Below are positions 39,026-49,955 of a DNA stretch of 64,000 bases, in pieces (position 1 is the first letter of the stretch; every line of letters starts with the position of its first letter). Source of the stretch: Octopus sinensis (taxonomy: Eukaryota). The translations under genes were made by a program, and so were the position numbers. The DNA lies in contig NC_043017.1 in the NCBI RefSeq assembly GCF_006345805.1, forward strand, positions 28,334,001 to 28,398,000. Reading direction: 5' to 3'. The notes under the pieces are model-generated. The model saw only the letters and a program-made list of their open reading frames with translations, made no database searches and was not told the origin of the DNA.

Positions 39026-39600
39026 AACAACAAGCAAGATGACAAATATCCGTCAATTGTAAACAATGTACATAATTCCTCATCTCTTAAATATAGAACT
39101 GTGAACTCATTTATATGTGATCTTTGAAACGGGATTATTTTTAACATGACACTTTATCATGTAACCCAATGTCGTCGCTAATAAGGCAAACCTATGTCAG
39201 AGATATTCTAAACATTTCATTATTACAAAGGTGATATAGCGATGAAGTAAAACTATAATAACCGAGTGTCTGCTAAAATAGGGATACCAACTTAGCTCTA
39301 AAAACAAACATTGTGCTTGGGATCTAACGAATTTCCTGTTGGCAAGAATCGTTGGATTTAATCTATATTTTTCTACGGAAAATGTAAACAAGTTTCGGAG
39401 CTGAATGTAAATTGACTGATATTTCATGTAGGATCAGAAAGTACGGAAAAATCTTATATAGTAAATTTTTTAATAGTTTAAGATGATTAAGTTAATTATA
39501 ATATAAACATTTTTGATTGTAAAGTATTGGGTATAGAAATATTTTTTTTATTTGTACTCAGAAGGATGAAGATTATATAATTTAATTATAATAAAATATT

Positions 39601-39793
39601 TTATTCTTTTGTTTCAATCATTTGGGGGCGGCCATGCTGGAGCACCGCCTTTAGTTGAACAAATCGACCCCAGGACTTATTCTTTGTAAGCCTAGTACTT
39701 TTAATAGCGGTCTCTTTTGCCGAACCGTAAGGTACGGGGACGTATATACACCAACATCGGTTATCAAGCTATATGGGGGACAAGCACATACAA

Positions 39794-39845
<52 letters not shown>

Positions 39846-40005
39846 CTACGGGCTTCTTTCAGTTTCCGTCTATAAAATCCACTCAAGTCTTTAGTCGGCC
39901 CGAGGCTATAGTAGAAGATACCTGCCCAAGGTTCCATGCCGTGGGACTGAACCCGGAACTCTGTGCCTGGTAAGCAAGTTACTTATCACAGTCACTCCTG
40001 CGCCT
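39601..40005 (-). mobile_element. SINE group B, full length
   Basis: Matches other group B copies. Confidence 0.9.
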
Positions 40006-40008
40006 ATA

Positions 40009-40407
40009 TCTTTATATATAAAAGTGAGGTTGTGTGTCTGTCTGTCTGTCTCCTACAATTTAGATTCCTAACTACTCCCACATTTTGCGGTGCAGTTTAA
40101 CCAAAACCGGGTATCTTATAGTCGTGATTCATATCGAGCCCTTCTGGGTATTAGCGCGCGTCTACGATGAGTCTACGATTTTTAAAAAAATTACCATCAA
40201 TTTTTTCCCATTTTTAATGCATTTTTGGCATATATAAGGGAAGTAACTCTAAAAGTTTATTATTAAATCTCAGAACGTAAAAAGCTACAGTAACACCCCC
40301 CCTTTGTGGTTAGCCATATTGAGATGGCTATTATACTTTACATCTCTAAATATGCTTATATAGTTATTTCCCTTACAAACCCGAGCAACGCCGGGCGATA
40401 CTGCTAG
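40009..40407 (+). mobile_element. Non-autonomous Helitron (399 bp)
   Basis: A|TC 5' end, (GTCT)n near the 5' end, 3' hairpin CCCGAGCAACGCCGGG, CTAG|T 3' end, no TSD; second copy at 57070-57468. Confidence 0.9.
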
Positions 40408-40804
40408 TTATATATATAAGATGAATTAAAATACGAGCTGTATTCTCAGGAGGCACTTCTATGATTACCGGCTGTCTTTGTATATTTGTAGTTGGTATAA
40501 CTTGATTTTTAAAACTGTCTGAAAGAATGTATACGAAAACTCAAAAACTATTTATGCACACACATACACACATTAGTCTGCTTTGTTTTGAAATAACATC
40601 ACACATCACATTGAAGTTGCAGACTATGTTCTAATGTTTCGGGAAGTTTTCAGCTCTTCATTTCTAATGGGACTAGAGCTTCTTGGTATTTCAAGGGGCC
40701 TAATTCATGCCATTGCGAACCATTCCTGATTCTCGATTTTTGAATTTGTTCCCTCTTGGCTGAACTGTGTAAGCGCTTGTCAACTCCTCCTATTAAGATA
40801 TTCC

Positions 40805-41640
40805 TAGTCTAGGCACAAAGCCTTGTAAATTTTAGGGGGAAAGTAGCTAGTCGATCACATCGACCCTAGTGCATAACTGGAACTTAATTTATCGACTCCG
40901 AAAGGATGAAAAGCAAAATTTGAACCTCGGCGGATTTTGAACTCAGAACGTAAATACAGACGAAATACCTATCTCTTTACTGCCTACAAGGGGTACACAC
41001 AGAGGGGAAAAACAAGGACAGACAAACGAATTAAGTCGATTTTATCGACCCCAGTGCGTAACTGGTACTTATTTAATCGATCCCGAGAGGATGAAAGACA
41101 AAGTCGACCTCAGTGGAATTTGAACTCACAACGTAACGGCAGACGAAATACCTATTTCTTTATTACCCACAAGGGGCTAAACATAGAGGGGACAAACAAG
41201 GACAGGCATAGGTATTAAGTCAATTACATCGACCCCAGTACATAACTGGTACTTAATTTATCGACCCCGAAAGGATGAAAGGCAAAGTTGACCTCGGTGG
41301 AATTTGAACTCAGAACGTAAAGACATACGAAATACCTATTTCTTTATTACCCACAAGGGGCTAAACACAGAGGGGACAAACAAGGACAGACATAGGTATT
41401 AAGTCGATTACATCGACCCCAGTGCGTAACTGGTACTTAATTTATCGACCCCGAAAGGATGAAAGGCAAAGTCGACCGCGGCGGAATTTGAACTCACAAC
41501 GTAACGCAGACGAAATACCGCTAAGCATTTCGCCCGGCGTGCTAACGTTTCTGCCAGCTCGCCGAAATACCGCTAAGCATTTCGCCTGGCATGCTAAGCT
41601 TTTCACCCGGTGTGCTAACGATTCTGCCGGTTTGCCGCCC
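40805..41640 (-). mobile_element. Nested SINE group A array: old head, three young tail-1 units (the 5'-most with its own head), old tail-2 body
   Basis: GGTATTTC occurs after the old head (41564-41571) and after each AAAGAAATA-type end (40969/70, 41152/53, 41336/37). Confidence 0.92.
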
Positions 41641-41877
41641 TCCTCCATTTAAGAGGCTGCGACATTATGATACTGTTGCTCAGAGTTAGATTAACTGGGG
41701 AAATGTTTCAGTCATGTATCGAGTCGTCAGGCAAAATAATGTACTTGCAACAGATTTGAGATTACGACTCATTAAGAAATAGATCAGTGTATTATGCAGC
41801 CGCCAATTCAAGTCTTCATGTCTGTTCAGAACGAGAGAGAGAGAGAGAGAGATATATATATATGTAAGAAAGTTCGT

Positions 41878-42052
41878 GGCGCAAGAGTGACTGAGTGCAT
41901 AGTAGCTTGCTTACCAGCCACATGGTTCCGGGTTCAGTCCCACTGCGTGAACCTCGGACAACTGTCATCGTAATAAAGAAATTACTATAGCCTCGGGCCG
42001 ACCAAAACCTTCTTAGTGGATTTGGTATACTGAAACTGAAAGAAGCCTGTCG

Positions 42053-42088
<36 letters not shown>

Positions 42089-42424
42089 GATGTGGTGGGT
42101 GTGTGTGTGTTTGTGTGTCTGTTTGCCCTCCACCCCAAATGACTGAAACAAGTAAATGAGTAAACCCAATCTGTTTCTTAAACGAGGGACATATTCATAC
42201 GACACAGAATGTTTTTTTTACCTCAATAGACGTCAGTGATTGGATGAAATTCCAGAAATTGGAGGGAAAAAACCCCAACAAATATCTTACAAACTATAGA
42301 ATTTTCTCAATAAAGCCAAGAGAGAAACATGTTTTCTAAATACATTCTACCAGTATAGGAAGTTTAAAATTTCTTAGTTACCTAGAAATTATGTTAAAAA
42401 CTGCCGTTCAAACCGAAAGGATCC
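41878..42424 (+). mobile_element. Deleted SINE group B (41878-42163) joined to the 3' part of a GGATC MITE (about 42160-42424)
   Basis: SINE tail AAATGACTGAAACAAGTAAATGAG runs into MITE internal TAAACCCAATCTG; the MITE right TIR ends GATCC at 42424. Confidence 0.8.
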
Positions 42425-42622
42425 CAAATTCCGACGATATCATTACGTAGCATATCGCCGTGGATTAACTGAGTAACAGTAAACGCAGTCATTAGAGCCC
42501 CATATACTTCTCTATTTAGCGTTTTAACAAAAGCTTATGTGTTACCAATTCGACATTTCGAATCTATATCAGACTTTTGCGCTTAAGATATAACGAGCAA
42601 TAATAATAATAATAATAATAAT

Positions 42623-43417
42623 GGTACTACTTAAGAAGAGCGGTCCCGGTGCGCGCATTCGCGTATTCGCGCTAGCTAGTCGTGACCAGCCAATCCTACA
42701 ACGACTACCTAGCAAAGCAAATAAAACACAATAATTTTTTTTTTACACAAAGTACATAAATCACAAAAACACAAATAATATTTTTTAAACAAAGTAAATA
42801 AAACAAAAAATATTTTTTTTTACACAAAGTAAATAATTTTTTTTAAACAAATTAAGTCATTTATTTTTAAACAAATTAAATCATTTTTTTTAAAACAAAT
42901 TAAATCATTTTTTTTAAAACAAATTAAATCATTTTTTTTAAAACAAATTAAATCATTTTTTTTAAAACAAATTAAATCATTTTTTTTAAAAACAAATTAA
43001 ATCATTTTTTTTAAAAACAAATAAATCATTTTTTTTTAAACAAATTAAATCATTTTTTTTTAAACAAATTAAATCATTTTTTTTTTAACAAATTAAATCA
43101 TTTTTTTTAAAACAAATTAAATCATTTTTTTTTAAACAAATTAAATCATTTTTTTTTAACAAATTAAATCATTTTTTTTCAAACAAATTAAATCATTTTT
43201 TTTTAAACAAATTAAATCATTTTTTTTAACAATGAAAATAAATCACAAAAACACAAATAATATTTTTTAAACAATGTAAATAAATAACAAAAACACAATA
43301 TGTTTTAAACAAAGTAAAACAAAAACACAAAATAAGGATCGACTAGTCACAACGAGCTAGCGCGGATGCGCGAGTACGCGAGTGCGCGCGTGGGGACCAC
43401 TCTTCTTAGGTAGTACC
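42623..43417. mobile_element. Non-autonomous TIR element (Merlin-like) with an internal 23-25-bp tandem array
   Basis: About 80-bp TIRs starting GGTACTAC(T/C)TAAGAAGAG(C/T)GGTCCC; flanks ATAATAAT / ATGATAAT (7/8); about 16 copies of AAACAAATTAAATCA(T)n at about 42843-43230. Confidence 0.75.
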
Positions 43418-43437
43418 ATGATAATAATAATTATTAT

Positions 43438-43580
43438 TATTTCTTTATTGCCCACAAGGGGCTAAACATAGAGGGGACAAACAAGGACAGACAAAGATAT
43501 CAAGTCAATTATATCGACCCCCAGTGTGTAACTGGTACTTAATTTATCGACCCCCGCAAGGATGAAAGGCAAAGTCAACC
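43438..43580 (-). mobile_element. 5'-truncated SINE group A (tail 1) in (AAT)n
   Basis: Tail 1 plus part of the core. Confidence 0.85.
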
Positions 43581-44699
43581 TATAATAATAATAATGATCC
43601 AGAACTGAAACTGTTACCAATAGAAAACACAACTCAGGTAGATATGAACAGAAGAAAGAAAAAGTATTTGTACGAATATAAGTCATGAATTGAAGATACA
43701 ATGCAAATTGATTCGGTGTTGCCACCTTATCAAGGAAAAAAAGTCAAAGACTAAAATGGCATGAGTGAACTATAGAGAATAATGGCAAGAAGAATTCAGG
43801 AAACATAACAGTGTGTTATGAATAATGATAAAGCTACGAGGACAAAACAAGAATTTGCAATATCTATGTAAAAATATATCACGAAGTTATATGGAACTAA
43901 ACTAGGATACTACGCACGGTAGATTCCAACAAATCATTTATACTATCAAAATAGTCCTACCTTTTTCTGTTCTGTTTTCTTCAGTAGAAACAACATTTAT
44001 TCCTTGGTATTGCGTGACAAATCTTTTGTTAAGGTATCCAAATCCGTGGCCTCCTGTTTCGCTCGACTTATTCAAATGAAAAACTACGAAAGCCTTGCAG
44101 GAAGTGTAAGAAAACAATAAAATGCCGGGTTAAATTCGTACAAATAGTTTAATTCTAAGCATTCTGGTTTCGAATCCCGAAGGAGTTGTATATTATAATT
44201 AAATTCTAAGTCAGCCTTTAGAAAGTAGACAGAAGTTCTTGACTAAACCATTTATTTTGCGAGGGGAGGTAATACATTGCAGCCAGTGTACCCTCTGTTC
44301 TTAATAAAAATAGTTTGATTTCGGGGAAAGTTTAACTGGCGTTTCTGACCATGTAGAGAATATCCTAGTTAGCTTCTTGCCGTCTGTTAATAATGCTTAC
44401 TATTAGAAGCTAAGCTCTTGTATGAAAGGACATGTAAACTATCAGAAATTTTGGGTGTAAATTTTAGATTTATTTTACATTAATTTCTTACCACAGAATT
44501 ATAGAAAATTGTTTTTATACTTTTCTTTGAATTTACATCTTGGGGTTTTTTTTTAAGTAAATCTTCTTCGTTTTCATTTCACTACAGAAAAAATAATGGT
44601 TGTTTAGCTAAAGTTTATCAATGATCGACCAAGAGATAATCTCAGACCTCTCATTCAGCAAAGTTCTTCCCATCCTTTGATTTTCAAAAAATATTTTTG

Positions 44700-45100
44700 T
44701 AGGCGCAGGAGTGGCTGTGGTAAGTAGTTTGCTTACCAACCACATGGTTCCGTGTTCAGTCCCACTGCGTGTCACCTAGGGCAAGTGTCTTCTTTCTATA
44801 GCCTCGGGCCGACCAAAGCCTTGTGAGTGGATTTGGTAGATGGAAACTGAAAGAAGCCTGTCGTATATATATGTATATATATATATGTCTGTGTTTGTCC
44901 CCCTAGCATTGCTTGACAACCGATGCTGGTGTGTTTACGTCCCCGTCACTTAGCGGTTCGGCAAAAGAGACCGATAGAATAAGTACTGGGCTTACAAAGA
45001 ATAAGTGCCGGGGTCGATTTGCTCGACTAAAAGCGGTGCTCCAGCATGGCCACAGTCAAATGACTGAAACAAGTAAAAGAGAAAAGAGGAAAAGAGAGTA
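44700..45100 (+). mobile_element. SINE group B, full length
   Basis: AGGCGCAGGAGTGGCTG head through an AAGTAAAAGAG tail. Confidence 0.92.
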
Positions 45101-45534
45101 TAGGTAATTTAAGAGATTTGGTTGCTTTCGTTATCTACCGGTTAGCTCTTGTTTTTAGTTGGAAAACAATATGCATGAAATCAACAGCCACAATGTCTCT
45201 CGAAGTTATATGATGCGCCATATTTATGCCTTATAAGTTACTTTGACTAAATAGGATGTACATATTTGTGTGGAAGATTGATTTTTACCAAACCAATATG
45301 TAACATAAATATTTTACATATGTTCTGGTAACAAAGTTAACTCCTTTGGGATTCGAAACCAGAATGCTTAGAATTAAACCCTTTGTGCGTATTTAATCCG
45401 GCATGCTATTGTTTTCTGACACTTTTCCCCCGCAAGGCTTTCGTAGTTTTATCATCTGAATAAGAATAATATTGTTTTAACGCACTGTTTTAACTGAATC
45501 AAGGCAATATATTGATGTAATGTTGTACATTAAA

Positions 45535-45748
45535 AGGCGGCCAGCTGCAAGTAACGTTAGCATGCCGGGCAAAATGCTGAGCGATATTTCGCCTCTTTAC
45601 GTTCTGAGTTCAAATTTCACCGAGGAGGTCGACTTTGCCCTTCAAACTTTCGTGGTCGATAAATTATGTACCACTGTGTACTGGGGGTTGTTCTAATCGA
45701 CTGGCCCCCTACCTCAAAATTTCGGGCCTTGTGCCTAGAATAGAAATG
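45535..45748 (+). mobile_element. Old SINE group A (tail 2)
   Basis: Head, box B, core, GGGCCTTGTGCCTAGAATAGAAA tail. Confidence 0.85.
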
Positions 45749-46191
45749 TATATATTTTATATTAATTATTTACAGAAGATTTCAACAATTAAACGGCAAG
45801 TTGTGTGAGGAAGGTTTTTTTTTTCCTTTACAGGCATAATAAAATAAATCCGAAATTTTATTTTTAATTTCTGTGTGAAAAGATTTGGTGTGGTATTTAC
45901 GTTTCAGAACTGAGTCAATGCGGCTTTAAAGACGTTTTCGCCTACTTGGAGAGAAATCATGTGAAATCCGAAATATATATTTTATATTAATTATTTACAA
46001 AAGATTTCAACAGTTAAACGACAGGTTGTGTGAGGAAGGTTTTTTTTTTCCTTTACAGGCATAAAAAAATGAATCCGTATTTTTTATTTTTAATTTCTGT
46101 GAAAAGATTTGGTGTGGTATTTACGTTTCAGAACTGAGTCAGTGCGGCTTTAAAGATGTTTTCGCCTACTTGGAGAGAAATCATGTGAAAT
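45743..46191 (+). repeat. Tandem duplication of an about 225-bp unique segment
   Basis: 45743-45969 and 45970-46191 are near-identical. Confidence 0.9.
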
Positions 46192-46194
46192 AAC

Positions 46195-46460
46195 GAAGAT
46201 GCGACCGGACATGCGAACGATTTCCAAACGCTCCCTCATAGGTGAAGAGACTGTGCAGGTCTGTGTGCTATGTTAGCGACAACACTCACAGACACGCGCA
46301 GTCTACTCACTGCTGAGGCTGGCTATACCAACAGAGAGATGACAGACGGTATCTACAAACACGAAGACTGCGATGATCGCCGTCATCACGAATATGAATC
46401 AGTCTGCGATAGACACTTGCAGACTCTACTCGGTGATGAGCGGTTGGCTGTACTAACACA
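46195..46460 (+). pseudogene. Probable decayed DD37D/maT transposase C-terminal remnant
   Basis: EDATGHA (QDxAxxH-like), RDCAGL (PDCNPL-like), NTKTAMIAVITNMN..CR across shifted frames; weak. Confidence 0.4.
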
Positions 46461-46564
46461 AGGAACTAGATATTCATCACTTATTTCTTTATTTGGCGCT
46501 ACAACCACAACACAGAGGGGAACGCTACAAGGACAGACGCAACACCACAATGGGAACATAAAAC

Positions 46565-46964
46565 GGATCTTTTCGGTTCGAACGGCAGTTTTTTTCTAGC
46601 GGTGTCTATGGAATTGTCGCCCATAATTATGACCCTAGTATCGATCTATTGCATTTCTATCTGTTTTAGGGGTGGGGGGAAGGGTATCTTTTTTTCTTCA
46701 CAAATGTAAATAAACCCAATCTGTTTCTTAAACGGGGGACATATTCATACGGCACTTTTTAACTCAATAGACGTCACTGATTGGTTGAAATTGCAGAAAT
46801 TGAAGAAAAAAAAACAACAAATATCTTACAAACTATAGAATTTTCTCAATAAAGTCAAGAGAAAAAGATGTTTTATAAACACATTGTACCAGTATACGAA
46901 GTTTAAAAGTTTTTTAGTTACCTAGAAATTATGTTAAAAACTGCCGTTCAAACCGAAAAGATCT
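46565..46964 (+). mobile_element. GGATC-ended MITE, 8-bp TSD
   Basis: Exact TSD CATAAAAC at 46557-46564 and 46965-46972. Confidence 0.92.
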
Positions 46965-47252
46965 CATAAAACAAATGAGAATGAAATGTTATATAAAAAT
47001 GAAGCAATGAAATGGTTGCATGGGCCCCATTCCCATGCAGTACCATTTGAACGTTTATACACACTATTTACAATCGTTCTATTTTTCTATTGATTTTTCT
47101 TAATCATCTTTTTTTTTTTTACCTGACACACTTCTACTTTTTCCTTTTGTTTCTTTCAACAAAACAATTTTACTCTTTTTTTTTTTTTTCCTTTTTAATA
47201 CCTCATGAAAGCTCCAAGTCTCTGAGTTCAACTATGGGTGGCAGTTCGTATA

Positions 47253-47438
47253 GGGCGGCGAGCTGGCAGAAACGTTAGCGCGCCGGGCGAAATGCTTCGC
47301 GGTATTTCGTCTGTCGTTACGTTCTGAGTTCAAATTAAGTACCAGTTTCGCACTGGGGTCGATATAATCGACTTAATCCGTTTGTCTGTCCTTGTTTGTC
47401 CCTTCTATGTTTAGCCCCTTGTGGGTAGTAAAGAAATA
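47253..47438 (+). mobile_element. Young SINE group A (tail 1) with the core deleted
   Basis: 17-bp TSD TATGGGTGGCAGTTCGT at 47233-47249 and 47439-47455. Confidence 0.92.
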
Positions 47439-48027
47439 TATGGGTGGCAGTTCGTCGAACTCCACCAACACTCCGAGCGGGTCAATCTTGTCTCCGCACA
47501 TGTTGATATTCATCGCACGTTCATCCAGTCACTTAAGTCTTCCTCAACAGGCGGAAGGAAATACTAACCATTTTGGACCCATTATTAGACAGCTGCAGCA
47601 CTTACAAAAAAGAGCAGCCTAATTCATCATTGTCGAAGATGCGCTTCTTTGTGTCCAAGTAAATTAAAAAGAGTAGCCAAAGCGTTTCGTTCAAACAGGC
47701 ACACTTTGAAACAGGCACGTATACAAATAAAGAGAGAGGGACAGAAGCACAAAAAAAAGTGTGGGCGTAAACTGTTGAACGTTTAGAAATCTATCTTTTT
47801 ATTTAATGTTCTGTCTTAGCCTTTTCTTTTAGCCCTTTCTATATAAATGTTTTTAGTTGACTGGAATTCTTACAGTTGTGGTAAATGCTACGCCACTATT
47901 ATATATAAAACAAAAACATTTCATTTTTTTCTTCTTTTGCAAATGATTTCGATTACGGTTTCCTTTGAATTTCTATCTATTATTTTAAATAATCATAAAA
48001 ATACTTGGGTTTGAACTATCATTTGCT

Positions 48028-48180
48028 AATGTTGCCTCAATAAAGAAGACCTTTGACGATAGACGTTCCACTCATAATCATCCCCTTCGAATATTTTTCA
48101 TTGAATGTTGCCTCAATAAAGAAGACCTTTGACGATAGACGTTACACTCATAATCATCCCCCTTCGAATATTTTTCATTG
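48028..48180 (+). repeat. Tandem duplication, 76/77-bp unit
   Basis: AATGTTGCCTCAATAAAGAAGACC...TTTTTCATTG occurs twice. Confidence 0.9.
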
Positions 48181-48452
48181 CTAATATTTTCAATTTCTTC
48201 GTTAAGGCCGGGTGTCATTTGAACCTGATTTCGCTGGTATTATAGCGTTACTAGTTTTAGATTGACATAGTAATAGAAGCTATCTCGTCGATAGTAAAGT
48301 ATCCACCTATTGTTGACGAGAGCATGACAGCAAATCTACGACTTCTGAAAACGACAAGTTGGGTACACGCAAATGAAAAAAGAAATGCCCGTTCTTTAAA
48401 TATATATACTTCTGACTCAGTACCAAGGTTACATACTTATGGAAAGTATGTT

Positions 48453-48878
48453 GGATATTTTCGGTTTGAACGGCAGTTTTTTCTAGCGGTGTCATATGAA
48501 ATTGTCACCCATAATTATGACCCTAGTATCGATCTATTGCATTTCAATCTATTTTAGGGTTAGAGTTAGAGTTGGTTAGGGGTGGGGGAAGGGTATCTTT
48601 CTTTCTTCACAAATGTAAATAAACCCAATCTGTTTCTTAAACGTGGGACATATTCATACGGCACAGAATGTTATTTACCTCAATAGACGTCAATGATTGG
48701 TTGACATTGCAGAAATTGAAGAAAAACAACAACAAATATTTTACGAACTATAGAATTTTCTCAATAAAGCCAAGAGAAAAAGATGTTTTATAAACAGATT
48801 CTACCAGTATACGAAGTTTAACATTTTTTAGTTACCTAGAAATTATGTTAAAAACTGCCGTTCAAACCGAAAAGATCC
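48453..48878 (+). mobile_element. GGATC-ended MITE flanked by 71-bp direct repeats
   Basis: Full TIRs; 48382-48452 and 48879-48949 differ at 8 of 71 positions. Confidence 0.9.
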
Positions 48879-49032
48879 GAAATGCCCGTTCTTTAAAAAT
48901 ATATATTTCTAACTCAGTACCAACGTTACGTATTTATGGAGAGTATATTATTCAATTAAACTGCCCGTAGTTCTTGACTGGTAAAGGGTACTTGACTAGT
49001 ACTTTCTTGATATTCGATGTCATTTGAATATA

Positions 49033-49422
49033 TGGATGGAAGCACTCCGTCGGTTACGACGACGAGGGTTCCGGTTGATCCGATCAACGGAACAGCCTGC
49101 TCGTGAATTTAACGTGTAAGTGGCTGAGCACTCCACAGACACGTGTACCCTTAACGTAGTTCTCGGGGATATTCAGCGTGACACAGAGAGTGACAAGGCC
49201 GGCCCTTTCAAATACAGGTACAACAGAAACAGGAAGTAAGAGTGAGAGAAAGTTGTGGTGAAAGAGTACAGCAGGGATCACCACCATCCCCTGCCGGAGC
49301 CTCGTGGAGCTTTTTAGGTGTTTTCGCTCAATAAACACTCACTACGCCCGGTCTGGGAATCGAAACCGCGATCCTATGACCGCGAGTCCGCTGCGCTAAC
49401 CACTGGGTCATTGCGCCTCCAC
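49033..49422 (-). mobile_element. SINE group C, full length
   Basis: Reverse complement of 3453-3838; CATTTGA on both flanks. Confidence 0.92.
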
Positions 49423-49740
49423 ATTTGATACCACAAATAATTCTTAAGCTCTAATGAGTCTGTCAGATTACTACCTTATTAAAAGCACAGCTGTCATTAC
49501 TCACAAGTGGTTATAATTTGGTATTCAGTGCCATACTTCTGCAAATTCTCGCAGATGAAAAAAAAGCAAGAGTGAATTAGAGAGTAACTCGACTTCCCTG
49601 CATTTGACCCAGTTGAACATTTAGGATTTGATAAATGGAGAGAAGGCAAGTTGATAATCACTTTGAAGATTGGAACAACATGATACGAAGTGCCTTGCTC
49701 AAAGTACAACGGCCATCGCGTGTTCGCGAGTCCATATATC

Positions 49741-49955
49741 TATTTCTTTACTACCCACAAGGGGCTAAACACAGAGAGGACAGACATAGGTATTAAGTCG
49801 ATTATATCAACCCCAGTGCGTAACTTGTACTTAATTTATCGACCCCGAAAGGATGAAAAGCAAAGTCGACCTCGGTGGAATTTGAACACAGAACGTAATC
49901 GCAGACGAAATACTACTGAGCATTTCGCCCGGCGTGCTAACGTTTCTACCGCCTT
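49741..49955 (-). mobile_element. Young SINE group A (tail 1)
   Basis: Flanked by GCG(A/G)GTCCATATATC direct repeats. Confidence 0.88.

Larger units (their letters stand above)
38577..39086. mobile_element. Spacerless head-to-head palindrome of a tRNA-headed element carrying a Penelope-type hammerhead
   Basis: Axis ATATGCCC|GGGCATAT at 38824/38825. Each arm has box A (TGGCGTAG), box B (GTTCGATTCC), (AAT)n, AATACCTTAGGAATGAGAACCCAGGTTC, a hammerhead-like segment and an AT-rich tail; the arms differ at 9 of 77 positions in the head. Confidence 0.9.
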
